From: Felis catus
Lineage: Eukaryota
Assembly (NCBI RefSeq): GCF_018350175.1
Contig: NC_058368.1
Span: 132,868,001-132,932,000 of the forward strand
DNA: 64,000 nt
Reading direction: 5' to 3'
Translations under genes and position numbers: made by a program
In this document: one piece after another, positions 24,052 to 36,654 of the stretch
Position numbering within the stretch: the stretch's first letter is position 1
Layout of the letters: every line of letters begins with the position of its first letter
Notes under the pieces: model-generated
The model's database searches: none
Told to the model about the DNA's origin: nothing
What the model saw: only the letters and a program-made list of their open reading frames with translations

Positions 24052-24249
24052 GCATTGGCAAAATACAGTCTTGTTAAATCTGGCCCACTGTTTATTTTTG
24101 TCAGTAAAGTTTCACTGGAAACACATTCATTTATGAACTGCTTATGGCTTCTTTTGCTCTCTAATGTTAGAGTCAGGTAGCTGTGACAGAGACTGTATAC
24201 AAAGCATAAATTACTTTCTGATCCTTTATAGAAAATGTTGCCGACTTCT
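24052..24249 (+). mobile_element. MER58A-like hAT MITE
   Basis: ttggcaaa...aaatctggcccactg...taaagtttcactggaaacac...cctttatagaaaatgttgccgac. Confidence 0.7.
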
Positions 24250-24662
24250 ATTGTGATTGAATTGTCAAGAGTTAATTGTTACCTCTTCTTTGGCATCTTA
24301 TTTATATCTGTTATGAAATTTACCACATAATTCTTTTTTTATATATACATTTTACTCCCATTTTACCTGACCAACTAATATGCACGTGCACATGTACTTG
24401 TAACCTTCCCCCCATGAATGTACGTCTTTGAGGACAAAGAGCATATCTCGTTTTGATTCCCAGAAGACATTATGTATTAACTGAGTCATTGCTCAGCGCA
24501 CGAATGATTGGAGCTTGTAGTGATGGTTGTGAGTATAAATTAAAATGGAAATTAACCATATTAAATTCAAAAAGGTTTAAGTATTTTACAGATGGGGTAC
24601 TGGCATTGATGACTCATTAGTTCAAAACCTGACTGCTAAAAGATTCAAATATGACATAAATT

Positions 24663-24975
24663 GGGGCACCTGTGTGGCTTAGTCAATTAAGCATCTGACT
24701 TTTGATCTCAGGATGTGAGTTCAAGCCCCACGTTGGGCTCTCTGCTGGGCGTGAAGCCTACCTTAAAAAAAAAAAAAAAGATGTAGGGGCTCCTGAGTGG
24801 CTCAGTCGGTTAAGCGTCTGACTTCGGCTAAGATCATCATCTCACGGCTTGTGAGTCCTGCTTTGGGCTCTCAGCTGTCAGCAGGGGGGACCCACTTGGG
24901 ATCCTCTGTCCGTCTCTCTCTCTGCCCCTCCTCCGTCCTTTTTCTGTCTCTCAAAAATAAATAAAACTTGAAAAC
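24663..24975 (+). mobile_element. Two tandem CAN-SINEs (24663-24780 short; 24786-24975)
   Basis: Two heads; the second is flanked by aaagatgta repeats. Confidence 0.88.
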
Positions 24976-25609
24976 AAAGATGTAAATTGTTTACTCAACT
25001 AGCTAAGCTTACAATTAATATGGTTTATCTGATATCATACTTTTAACCCATTATTTTATCGCCCTATTTAACTTGAAATTGGGCTCTGTCTAATGTATTT
25101 TAAAATACAATTCTTACCTACTTTCTTCTTAAGACTCATGATTAACACTTTTGAGACCTCACAAACTATAAACAGACTGTAGTTTTTGCATGTTACAAAA
25201 GTAGTATGCATTCACGTTTATGTGAATGAACCTTCTTATAATCAAAGATTAGTGCATGGAAAAGCTGTTTTAGATATGTAGCTAAGTGAAATTTAATATC
25301 ATCTTCATACTGGAGGGCATGGGACCAAGCACACAAAAGATGGGCATTTTTCCTCTGTGACATGAGAAGAAATGGTAAAAGGGAGTCAAATACAAAGGAA
25401 TTTTTAGAAGTACACAGGAAGAAATTTGAGGGATATTGTTTTTAGTTTATCCTTGAAGAAAGAAGCTGGATCTTAAATGAAAAGACTTGAAAGTGAAAAC
25501 ATAAAATTTTGTCTTAGATAGACTTTTGAGGTGTCTAAGTAGGATCAAAGTTGCCAATAATGCAAGTTGAGATGGAGATGCTTCTAGGATTTTACACTAT
25601 ATTTCCTTG

Positions 25610-25777
25610 TTTTGTTTTTATTTGTTTTGAGAAAGAAAGAGAATCTTAAACAGGCTCCACCTCCAAGTGCAGACCCAGACATGGGGCTTGATCTCACATA
25701 CGGTGAGATCGAGACCTGAGCTGAAATCAGGAAGAGTCGGATCAGACGCTTAACCGACTAAGCCACCCCAGCACCCC
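25610..25777 (-). mobile_element. CAN-SINE
   Basis: TSD ctatatttcctt. Confidence 0.88.
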
Positions 25778-27448
25778 TATATTTCCTTCTTAATTATGTG
25801 CATGTGTTGTTCCCGTTTTTGTAAATCACTTTTAAAACCTCAATTTCTAAAGCTATCATTCGTAATTGAGTTTTTCCAGTGCGCTTTTTTTTGTACTCTT
25901 GTATTACTTACCCTGTTGATGTAGTGTTTAACTGCTGTGTGTGGATTTGCTGTGTTCTTTTGTCATTTTAAGAATACTGAATTAAGAAAAATAAGATTGT
26001 TTTGTTTCAGTCTTCGCCTCCTTCCTCAAAGACCTCTCTACTTTTCTCAAATGTTTACCTAATATGATATTATGGACCTAAGAGTTTAATATCATAGCAT
26101 CTAATCTTTCTTCAGAAGGATCCTGGATACACCTTTTGCTTTGTTACAAAGCAAACTAGAACTGACTTAGAGATTTTCTGGACAAAGATCTGAGTAAGGG
26201 AAGTAGAATTATAGTATTTATAGTACCCGAGACTAGGCCCTTAATAAATCTATGTTAAATAAAGCAGCTTTGAGAAAATCTGGTGTGAAATAATTTAAAT
26301 TAAAGGAATGTTGATAGAATGGCACATTTAAAATGGAAGGGCTGGGGAAAATTTGCGTCCTCTAATGTTAGGTCAGTAACATAGTGTCATTACATTTATG
26401 TGTGTTCTTAAGTTTGTTAGTTTTTTCACCAAAAAGTCAGAGAAATGTTTTAAGTGAATTTTATTTTGCTTTTTCTAATTTGTTAAATTCCCAGCGAAGA
26501 TAAAAATAGTCTGTTGTTCTTGTGTTGTGATTTAAGGAGGCTGTTGCTTTTTAATGATGTTAATTTTTAACTTACTAGCATATTAATACATATTGATAAT
26601 ATGATAATAACTGTATTTTGCTTTCATTTTGTCATATCCAAAAAAAATCATAACACAGAGTTCTTTATCTGGGTAGCTAGTAGTACCTCAATCTGTCAAA
26701 TGCTAGGTTTCTGTAAAAATACTAACTTAAGAGTATAAATATGTGCTTGAATTAATTAGTTAAGGTTTTTAAAATGCCATTTTGATGGAGACAGAAAACT
26801 ACAACTTAGTTTATTATGAATTTTTGTACATTTCTCAAGTCTCTATAATTTCAGAAAAATATTGATATTAAGTTGGAAGTTAAAAATAGTGTATTCTAGC
26901 TTTAATTTAAAATAAATTTCAGCTACTCATATTTGTGATTCTCATAAAACTTTATTTTGAGTTGTATTGAATTTAATTTGAAAATATGGGGAGAAATGTC
27001 ATATTTACTGTTCTTAGAATTTTGAGTATTAATTTTCAGAATCAGCTCTATTGAAGGTTTATAAATATATGACAAGGCTTGAAAGAAGATAATAATAACT
27101 ATGTAGCTGCCAGTCTAATTTATTAATTGACTTATATGAAAATTTTTTCTGTGAAAAAAATGAAAGCCAGTTACTCACATTCTGGTCTACAGGGTTTAAA
27201 CTTACTGCAGTTACTTATGAATAGAAATGAAAACCTGGTGAGAAGCCAAAATTAGAGAATAATTTAAAACTTGCTTTGTTTAGAAATTAATTATAGATGA
27301 CTTTTCTGAGAAATTGTTTTTATTTTCTCAATATGTGAAAGCCTATACATAAGGTATTACATAAGAACATTTAACACATTAATTTTGAAAGCTTCCAGGT
27401 AATTGATATTTTTGTATACTTAATTCTTCATTAATCCCTTGTACATAG

Positions 27449-27512
27449 AACCATGAATAGACTGACCCAGCTGGAAAGATTGGATTTGGGAAGTAATGAA
27501 TTCACAGAAGTG
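27449..27512 (+). CDS. ERBIN: ERBIN coding exon 6 (LRR)
   Basis: gtacatag|A; TMNRLTQLERLDLGSNEFTEV; donor GTG|gtaagt; 64 nt. Confidence 0.97.
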
Positions 27513-27587
27513 GTAAGTTCACACCAGTCTCTGTCCATAAGTCTTATATTTGAGAACATGTGAAAATTAATGTATTTATTTCTTCGT

Positions 27588-27803
27588 ATTTTTTTGGTTT
27601 ATTTGTTTATTTTTGAGAGAGAGAGAGAGGAAGAGAGAGAATCTCATGCAGGCTCCATGCTGTCAATGCAGAGCCTGACATGGGGCTCAATCCCATGAAA
27701 CATGAGATTATGACCTGAGCCAAAATCAAGAGTCAGACATTTAACCAACTGAACCAGCCACCCAGGTGCCCCTTTTTTTGAAAATTTTTAAATGTTTATT
27801 CTT

Positions 27804-27837
<34 letters not shown>

Positions 27838-28009
27838 GTATGAGTGGGGAGGGGCAGAGAGAGAGGGAGACACAGACTCTGAAGCAAGTTCCAGACAGCT
27901 TTGTGAGCTGTCAGCACAGAGCCCGATGTGGGGATTGAACCCCTGAACAGTGAGATCATGACTTGAGCCGAAGTCAGACGCTTAACTGACTGAGCCATTG
28001 AGACGCCCC
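27588..28009 (-). mobile_element. Two tandem CAN-SINEs (27588-27772; 27773-28009)
   Basis: Two complete minus-strand bodies. Confidence 0.9.
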
Positions 28010-28272
28010 TATTTCTTTGCGTTTTTAAGTATAAAATAGGGTAAAGATATACACATATTTTTAAGAGAAAAGATATGAAAATTCTTAACAGGGAAGAGTA
28101 ACCAAACAGATAGAAGTAGCTGATAGTAGTGAGAATAAAACGTGAAAAAAAAAAAAAGGGAAACCCATGGAAAAGATAACTAAAAGTTTTTAGGCACACT
28201 AAGTAGACAATGTGAGAGATTATAAGGAAAAAAGAAAGTTATATCAGCCTAGAATATATCAGAAAAAATATT

Positions 28273-28344
28273 TCTGCCCCTCCCTCTTCTTGCCCTCTGT
28301 CTCTCAAAAATTAATAAACATTAAAAAATCTTTAAAAAAAAAAA
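28273..28344 (+). mobile_element. 5'-truncated CAN-SINE tail
   Basis: tctgcccctccc...ctctcaaaaattaataaacattaaaaa; flanked by aaaaa(a/g)tatttct. Confidence 0.75.
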
Positions 28345-28702
28345 GTATTTCTAAGTCAAAATTAACTCCCTAAGGGTATTGGTCAGAAATTTATTCAATG
28401 ATAAAATATTTTTCTATAATTTTACTGAATAGCTAAAGGAAAAACATTGAGTGAAACAATTTTTGAGTTTGCAATTAGACTTCTGAATTGTTTTTGCTTT
28501 GTATGCAAAATGTGCTATGATATGGAATCAGAAAGGAAAGGAGTATGTAAGTAGATTTTTGTCGTTAGTGAGTTCTCCAAAAGAACTCAGAAAATAAGCT
28601 AGATATTTTTTTGGAAAGGAATTCGTGGATCTAAATATCATTAAAATTTTTACATTATGTTTGTTTCTTTCTTAAAATTATGGTTGATTTCAAATGACAA
28701 TC

Positions 28703-29480
28703 TTTTTTTAATTCTAGTATAATTAACATGGAACGTTAACATTAGTTTTAGATGTATCATATAGTGTGATTCAGCAACTCTGTACATTGCTCAGTGCTCA
28801 TTAAGAGCACTCATAATCCCTTTCACCTGTTTCACCCATCTGCACATCCACTTCCATCAGTTCTCTATAGTTGAGATTCTGATTCTGGATTTGTCTTTTT
28901 TTTTTTCTTTGCTCATTTGATTTGTTTCTTAAATTCCACATGTAAGTGAAGTCATGTGGTATTTGTCTTTGTCTGACAGACTTATTTTGCTTAGCATTAT
29001 GCTCTAGAGCTATTCATGTTGTTGCAGATAGCAATATCTCATTCTTTTTTACGTCTGAATCATGTTCCATTGTATCTGTATACACATTTTCTTTATCTGT
29101 TCGTCTATCGATGGACGCTTGGGTTGTTCCATATTTTGGCTATTGTAAATAATGCTGTCATAAACATAGGGGTACATATATCTTTTTGAATTAGTGTTTT
29201 TGTATTCTTTGAGTAAATACCCAGTGGTGAAATTGCTGAATCATAGTTTTAATTTGTTAAGGTATCTGCATACTTTAAGGTTTTCCACGATGGCTGTACC
29301 ACTTTGCATTCCCACCAGCAGTATAAGAGGGTTCCTTTTTTTCCACATCCTCACCAAAACTTGTTTCTTGTCTTGTTGATTTTAGCCATTCTGACAGGTG
29401 TGAGGTGATATTTTTTTGTGGGTTTTGATTTGTATTTCCCTGATGATGAGTGGCATTGAGCGTCTTTTCATGTGTCTTGT
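28703..29480 (-). mobile_element. Carnivore L1 3' fragment
   Basis: Collinear with 56650-57930 (ttttagccattctgacaggtgtg..., aaatacccagt...). Confidence 0.85.
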
Positions 29481-30783
29481 CAAATGATAATCTTAAAAAC
29501 AAGAATTTCTCAATATTGTCAGCTTCATGATTACCCTATAGGTTATTGTATTATACATTTGTTCACCTATTAGTTAACTTTCAATGTCAGTGGGAGAGCA
29601 TGGTTGTTTTGGATACTTCATTTATTTTCTGAAATACTCTTTCATATTCTTTATTTTATTTTAATTGAAGATGGCTTATGATGGGTTTTATTGTGTGTTG
29701 GTAGAAGTTTTTACTCCTTTTGAGAAAAAGACATATACTATGCTTCCTAACTTATTAAACTTAACATTTTTATATGTATTAATCTATTTCCACATTAACT
29801 ATTTGAAAAATCTTCATTATTGTTAATTCTGTGAATCAACAACTTTCCACTTCATTAATTTTTGTACATTTTGATCTCCAGCATTATACATTTTTTTAAA
29901 ACTTACCCTTAGAATGGTAACAGATAAAGCACAGAAGAATATTTCTTTTTATCCAAGTTACACTTAGAATTCTTACCTGTATTTTTACGTTAGCAGTGAA
30001 TCTGAACAACATGACTTTTACATATTAATTGTGTTATTATGTTGATTAGATGTGATGGTACTCTCTGCCATTACAGTGTTAATGACTCGACACAGGTTTG
30101 TGTGGTGACAGAAATACCTTTGAAGAATGCATTCAACAGAGCCTGCAAGGGCAAAATGCCCAAGATCAAGTTTTGTCTCAATACCAAGAAGGTCCACTGC
30201 AACCCTCTCATTAATTTTTTGGTTGTTAACCACATACTACAAACAATATTTCACTTTGTAATTGCTGGAAGTTCAAAATAACAGAATATGTGTGCCATGT
30301 GATTATGCCTTGGTTTACTTACCTTTCCTTTTTTATTGGACATTTAAGATTTTTTTTTTCTTTATTTTCCTCTCTCTTAGTCATCAGGGAGTATCTTTGT
30401 GGTTTTCATAAAAGGCTAAATCTTTTTACAGATAATAATTAAGAGTATCTTTTTATCATACGCTTAAAAGCAATGGGTCTTATTTTTATTTCTTTATTAA
30501 TTTTATAAATACTCAAGCCTGTTGTATAATCAAAGGCTTAAATGAGTTTTATGCGTTCTACTCTTCTGGAATGCCTATCTTTGAGTTCTTTTTTAGTAAT
30601 ATCACTGTAATAACTGTTATATAGTGGAAAGTCTCGAATCTTGGCTTTGCTTCCCACCCCCCAGTTACTTATTTAATGTTTTAAAGTAGAAGTCATCATT
30701 AGAAGTTCCCTAGAGCTTCTTTTGCCAAATAAAAACTTTCAAGTAAAGTATTCAACCTCTTCGCCCCCTTCTTATCCAAACAG

Positions 30784-30858
30784 CCTGAAGTACTTGAGCA
30801 ACTAAGTGGATTGAAAGAATTTTGGATGGATGGTAATAGACTGACTTTTATCCCAGGG
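30784..30858 (+). CDS. ERBIN: ERBIN coding exon 7 (LRR)
   Basis: ccaaacag|CCT; PEVLEQLSGLKEFWMDGNRLTFIPG; donor GGG|gtatgt; 75 nt. Confidence 0.96.
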
Positions 30859-31327
30859 GTATGTATATCAAACTTTAAATGGATTCTCTTATTGCTATCT
30901 GTCCTTTGCAGATTTATGAATTGTACATTTTCAGATTACTATTAAATAGAACTAAATTACTTTTTTTTTTTTACTATTAATACATCCTTGATTAAAATCA
31001 GAAACTTCCCATAGTAAACTTTTATAATATAATCGCTTTTTAATATCCTGGACTGTATCCTTCTCTGGGGTTGCAATTGAGTTTATATCCTAATTCGTTT
31101 TGTCCAGAGAATTGTTAAGTAGGGTATTTTCCACATAGTTTGTGTCTTATCAGCTGACGTTTTGCTTATTCCCATACCTGAAGAACATGAGATTGCCTGT
31201 ATGTCCTATCGCCCTAGTCAGTGGTGACAGCTGAGTTCCCAAAGAAAAGTATAAGCCCATTGTCACTCTGCTAGGCTCTTAGCAGGAGCTCTTAGCTTTA
31301 TTACTGAATACATTACTTATGGCATTT

Positions 31328-31537
31328 TTTAAAAAATTTGTTCATTTATTTTGAGAGACAGAGAGAGCGTGTGAGCAGAGGAGGAACAGAGAGAAAGGGA
31401 GAGAGAAAATCCCAAGGAGGCTTTGCACTGTCAGCACAGAGCCAGACATGGGATTCAATCTCACAGACCGTAGAGATCATGACCTGAGCTGAAATCAAGA
31501 GTCAGATGTTTAGCTGACTGAGCCACCCAGGCACCCC
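31328..31537 (-). mobile_element. CAN-SINE
   Basis: TSD tact(t/c)atggcattt. Confidence 0.92.
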
Positions 31538-31682
31538 TACTCATGGCATTTACTAAAAAATTGAATCTTTTCTCTCATATAAATGTGTAGTAATGAATTA
31601 TAACTTGGTATTGAGTTTATTACCTAAACTTGGCATAAATAAGCTTAATAGAGTCATTAGATTTCCCATTTTTTACTTCTAG

Positions 31683-31827
31683 TTTATTGGTAGTTTGAAA
31701 CAGCTCACATATTTGGATGTTTCTAAGAATAATATTGAAATGATTGAAGAAGGAATTTCAGCATGTGAAAACCTTCAGGACCTCCTGTTATCAAGCAATT
31801 CACTTCAACAACTGCCTGAGACTATTG
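31683..31827 (+). CDS. ERBIN: ERBIN coding exon 8 (LRR)
   Basis: cttctag|[51 protein letters not shown](G); donor G|gtttgt; 145 nt. Confidence 0.96.
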
Positions 31828-31949
31828 GTTTGTATTGCTTTCTAATTCATATAATTAGTTTTTACTAATGTGAACTTTCAGAAATTCCCTTTTTGTCATT
31901 GCTTGACTCAGAGTTTTCATATATCAAATTTCATTTGTGATGAGCTAGT

Positions 31950-32156
31950 TTTTATTTTTTTTAGGTTTATTTATTTATTTAGTTTTTTGAAAGAGATAGA
32001 GCTCATGTGGGAGGGGCAGGAAGAGAATCCCAAACAGGCTCCATACTATCTGCGCAGAGCCGGATGTGGGGCTCAAAACTCACAAAATGTGAGATCATGA
32101 CCTGAGCCAAAATCAAGAGTCATATGCTCAACCGCTGTGAGCCACCCAGGGACCCT
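31950..32156 (-). mobile_element. CAN-SINE
   Basis: Flanked by tgagcta(g/a)tttt. Confidence 0.88.
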
Positions 32157-33068
32157 CGTTGTGAGCTAATTTTCTTATACTGCCAGTCACGAATCTTATA
32201 TGAATTTTTTCTTCATGTGATCACTTACACATTTTACTTCTTAGTTGACATTTACTGCATTTTTCTTTACGGAAATTTTTATCACTCTAATAAAATTTAA
32301 ATTCTTTAAAAAGAGGTTAAGTTATTGAAACTTTGTTTAACTTCTAATCATAGCCCTCATCTAGTAACTTTTTTTAAGTCTTCCTTCATTTTAGGCTCAC
32401 AGATGAAAAAACAAACCAGTTTAGCAAATCCTATGAGAGCCTACATATGTGTAGTTGCTTGTAGTCTGATGATGCTTCAAGGAAATTGAATTAGTTTAAA
32501 GAACCAAAAACATAAACCTTGCCATCTTCATGATGTTTAAACATAGGAACCAAAAAATATTTATACATATTTATCAGGTTATGTAGTTGTTTTGGCTCAT
32601 GTTACATTTTGCAAATTCTGCTATGATTTATTCGCCACTTTTAATTCCACACTCAATTTTTATTGTTTTAGTATTTAGAGTACATAGAATAGTTTGTTAT
32701 ACACTTACTATTTCCTTTTTGTTTGTAGTCACTTGTGCCATGCCATTGTTTTAAGGAGCAGGGCTACAACTGTGAACAGACAGAAGTCCCTACACTTGTG
32801 AAGCTTACATTTTAGCGGGAGTAAAATAAATACACACTAATGTTAAAAGGTGATATATAGGTGAAAATTGAAAATATAGGGTAAGGGAGTACAGAGTTAT
32901 GAGATGAGGAGTGAGGAGATGAGATTAGGTTGATTTCTTTTTTAGATAAGTTGACTAAGAAAGTTCTACATGATTCCTGTCAAATGTAATATATACTCAC
33001 ATTAACTGTTGATTGACTTGCTTCTAGTTCCAGCTGGAAAATTGAATATTATTTCTTCCCTCAAATAG

Positions 33069-33141
33069 GTTCATTGAAGAATGTAACAACTCTAAAAATA
33101 GATGAAAATCAGTTAATGTATCTGCCAGACTCTATAGGAGG
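33069..33141 (+). CDS. ERBIN: ERBIN coding exon 9 (LRR)
   Basis: tcaaatag|GT; SLKNVTTLKIDENQLMYLPDSIG(G); donor GG|gtaaga; 73 nt. Confidence 0.96.
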
Positions 33142-33477
33142 GTAAGATTTTTCTGAATCACTAGAAGACTTGGCTTTCATTCAGCTTTATATATTTATGT
33201 TGATATGTATATCATATATATGTTTCATTCAGCCATATATATTTTCAGATAAATGCAAAAGTAGCATCTAAGGGAGATTCCATAAGCATTTAAATAAGTA
33301 ATTGGTTATAGGTTGGATAGATTTAAAGCAAAGATAGACCTATTTTAATAAGTTTAGTGGAGATAGAGTTTTGCTAGATTTGTTAAAGTCAAGTTCAAAT
33401 GTTTATATATTCTAAAGTTTTGGATTATATATAGGAAACTTTTAAAAAATAATGTATGTCATTTATTTCAACTAAAG

Positions 33478-33607
33478 GTTAGCATCAATAGAAGAACTGG
33501 ATTGTAGCTTCAATGAAGTTGAAGCTTTGCCTTCATCTGTTGGACAGCTGACTAATATAAGAACCTTTGCTGCAGATCATAATTACTTACAACAGTTACC
33601 CCCAGAG
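33478..33607 (+). CDS. ERBIN: ERBIN coding exon 10 (LRR)
   Basis: actaaag|G; LASIEELDCSFNEVEALPSSVGQLTNIRTFAADHNYLQQLPPE; donor GAG|gtacaa; 130 nt. Confidence 0.96.
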
Positions 33608-33894
33608 GTACAATATTTTAAATTTGCCTTGAATTTTTTTTCATATTATTTATTATGGCTATCCAGTGGGTTTTTTTCTGTTTTCTTTCAGAAATAATTA
33701 TGTAACTAAGTTATTTAATTTCTGAATAATAATTATAATGTTTTACAGAGATACCAACTTTTCTTTATACATGAAAATTAATAAAAATATGATTCCTTTT
33801 ATAAATGAGAAAAATGTTGGAAAATTGTATTTTACCTATGTCTATTAAGCAGTAGGCCAGAATTTTGATCCCCAATTTTATGTTTCTCTTTCAG

Positions 33895-34010
33895 ATTGGA
33901 AGCTGGAAAAATATAACTGTGCTATTTCTCCATTCCAATAAACTTGAGACACTTCCAGAGGAAATGGGTGATATGCAAAAATTAAAAGTCATCAATTTAA
34001 GTGACAATAG
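33895..34010 (+). CDS. ERBIN: ERBIN coding exon 11 (LRR)
   Basis: ctttcag|[41 protein letters not shown](R); donor AG|gtttgt; 116 nt. Confidence 0.96.
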
Positions 34011-34261
34011 GTTTGTAATGCTGTTGGTTTATAGAAGACACTGAATGGATGAAATTAAAGTTTCATTATATGATAGAAAATCAAATGCATGTTTTTCTTT
34101 TCAACTTCTTTTTGGTTTTTAAGTAGAATTTTCATTTGAAAGAATGACCTAATTTTACCTGTGGTTTTATACTGTGGTTATTTGTTGCAGTCCATTTTGT
34201 GTCAACTTCAGCCATATAACTTGCAAGTTTAGCTCTACATCTTTCCTTATAGTCACCTTTT

Positions 34262-34471
34262 AAAAAATTTTTGTTTTTAATGTTTATTTTTGAGAGAGAG
34301 AGACAGAGCGTGAGCAGGGTAGGGGCAGAGAGAGGGAGACACCGAATCCAAAACAGCCCCAGGCTCTGAGCTGTCAGCACAGAGCCTGATTGGGGCTTGA
34401 ACCCACAAACTGTGAGACCATGACCTGAGCCAAAGTTGGACACTCAACTGACTGAGCCACCTAGGCGCCCC
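34262..34471 (-). mobile_element. CAN-SINE
   Basis: TSD cttat(a/c)gtcaccttttt. Confidence 0.92.
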
Positions 34472-34971
34472 TCTTATCGTCACCTTTTTTATCCCTAAAG
34501 TCAGATCTTCACCTTAATACTGCTGCTGAATGGCACAACTTGTAATCTGATCTGCTTCCTGTGCTTTTCTGAGCAGAGATGTGATTAGGCACCTATTCAC
34601 ATAGCTCGGGAAACATAGTGCAGAGTAAATAGATCACTAGAGCTGCTAAATTGGAATAATTTTTAAGTTAAGAACAGATTGTCTGTAATTTTTCTTGAAG
34701 TAAAGGTCCTAATAATGATAAAAGAATGGTTGTAGAGGGGTTTTACATTTTGCTTTCATAGTATCTTATGAAGCATTCAAAACAACACTGTGAAATAGTA
34801 CGATACATACTGTCATTTTATGAGAAGAAAATTAAAACTTGAATTTAAGATGACTCACTTAGCTTGTAAAGTAGAACTTTAATATAAGCCCAGTTTTCTG
34901 ACTAATTAGCATTTTCAGACTGTTCCATTTTATTTAAGAATAACCACTGCTTTTTAAAAAAAAAAAAATCA

Positions 34972-35201
34972 GGGGCGCCTGGGTGGCTCAATCGGTTAAG
35001 CGTCCGACTTCGACTCAGGTCATGATCTCACGGTCCGTGAGTTCGAGCCTCGCGCCGGGCTCTGTGCTGCCAGCTCAGAGCCTGGAGCCTGCTTCAGATT
35101 CTGTGTCTCCCTCTCTCTCTGACCCTCCTCCGTTCATGGTCTGTCTCTCTCTGTCTCAAAAATAAATAAACATTAAAAAAAAAGTAAAAAAAAAAAAAAA
35201 A
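34972..35201 (+). mobile_element. Young CAN-SINE
   Basis: CpG-rich, long A-tail. Confidence 0.93.
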
Positions 35202-35878
35202 CATTCTTGATTTCTGCCTATACTTTGTACCCCAAAGCTAGAGCTATAGGTTCCAGCAAATTGCCTTGGAAGATAGGCATAGCAGAGCAGATAGGCATAA
35301 TAAGATAGAAGGTTTAAATAGATACTCTGTTTTAAATAGGGTGCTATTTTAATTTGGCATTTTAATGAGTTCTTCATATTACTTTGTTTTTTACTCATTA
35401 CAGTGTTTAAATAGTCTTTGGAATATGAAAGTTTTGGCTCATAATGAAACCCAGAACAGTGCTTTTTTTTTTTTATTAACAAACTATCACTAAGGCTTCC
35501 TATAATAATTTGTTCTTTTAAATATAAATAAAATATCCAGAGCAATTTTATGAGACATTGCCTAATGTGTTCTTGTCTTTACATTAAAGTAGGGATAGTT
35601 AACATTTTTTCTTAGCAGATAATTTTTTTGAGATTATTAAATTATTCATTTTTCCCCTAGCTGAATTGATTGAAGAATTATATTTTTAAATGAATTCTTA
35701 TAAAATAATATTTTGTCTTATAACTTATGTCAAAGACCTATATTGGCTTCTCTACTAAATTAAATATTTTTCTGTTTTCATATTCAATAATATAAAATTG
35801 TTTAGAAGACCATTAGATTTTGCTCTTATATTTTAACATTTCTTATTTTACTTTTGTTTGTATTTTTTGTATTCACAG

Positions 35879-35948
35879 ATTAAAGAATTTGCCCTTTAGC
35901 TTTACAAAACTTCAGCAGTTGACTGCTATGTGGCTCTCAGATAATCAG
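35879..35948 (+). CDS. ERBIN: ERBIN coding exon 12 (last LRR / LAPSD)
   Basis: attcacag|[24 protein letters not shown]; donor CAG|gtaggc; 70 nt. Confidence 0.97.
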
Positions 35949-36412
35949 GTAGGCATTCTGAGTTTGTATGTTACTGCAATTCCAATTGTGTTATATGATT
36001 ATGCATAATAATTTATGTAGGCTCATTTAAGAGCAGTTATACTCTGGTACACATTTTAAAATGTATGTAAGGAAAAATGAAAATATTTAGATACAGATAA
36101 TTTATGTGCAATTTGTGTAGATTGAAAACAGTAAATCCTGTTGTACTGTCTAATTTCTCCTGAATCTGTAAAAAGATAAATTAAGAAATCAGATTCAATA
36201 CTCTCTCACTTTTTGAAGGCTTTATAGTGATCCTCTTGAGTATACGTGTAGAGATTTGATAATGAAGTTTCACATACCTTAAAGAAGTGTTTCTAAGGAA
36301 TTAAAAGTTATTTCCTGGACTTGGATAGATAAACATTTTTTCAAGGCTTACAATAGTCCATGAACTGCTCTGGAAACTTGAGATACATTGATGAAGCAAA
36401 TAGAATATTTTT

Positions 36413-36634
36413 TTTTTAATTTTTTTTTTCAACGGTTTTATTTATTTTTGGGACAGAGAGAGACAGAGCATGAACGGGGGAGGGGCAGAGAGAGAGGGAG
36501 ACACAGAATCGGAAACAGGCTCCAGGCTCCGAGCTATCAGCCCAGAGCCTGACGCGGGGCTCGAACTCACAGACCGCGAGATTGTGACCTGGCTGAAGTC
36601 GGACGCTTAACCGACTGCGCCACCCAGGCGCCCC
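36413..36634 (-). mobile_element. Young CAN-SINE
   Basis: CpG-rich; TSD aatagaatattttt at 36399-36412 and 36637-36650. Confidence 0.95.
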
Positions 36635-36654
36635 TTAATAGAATATTTTTATAT

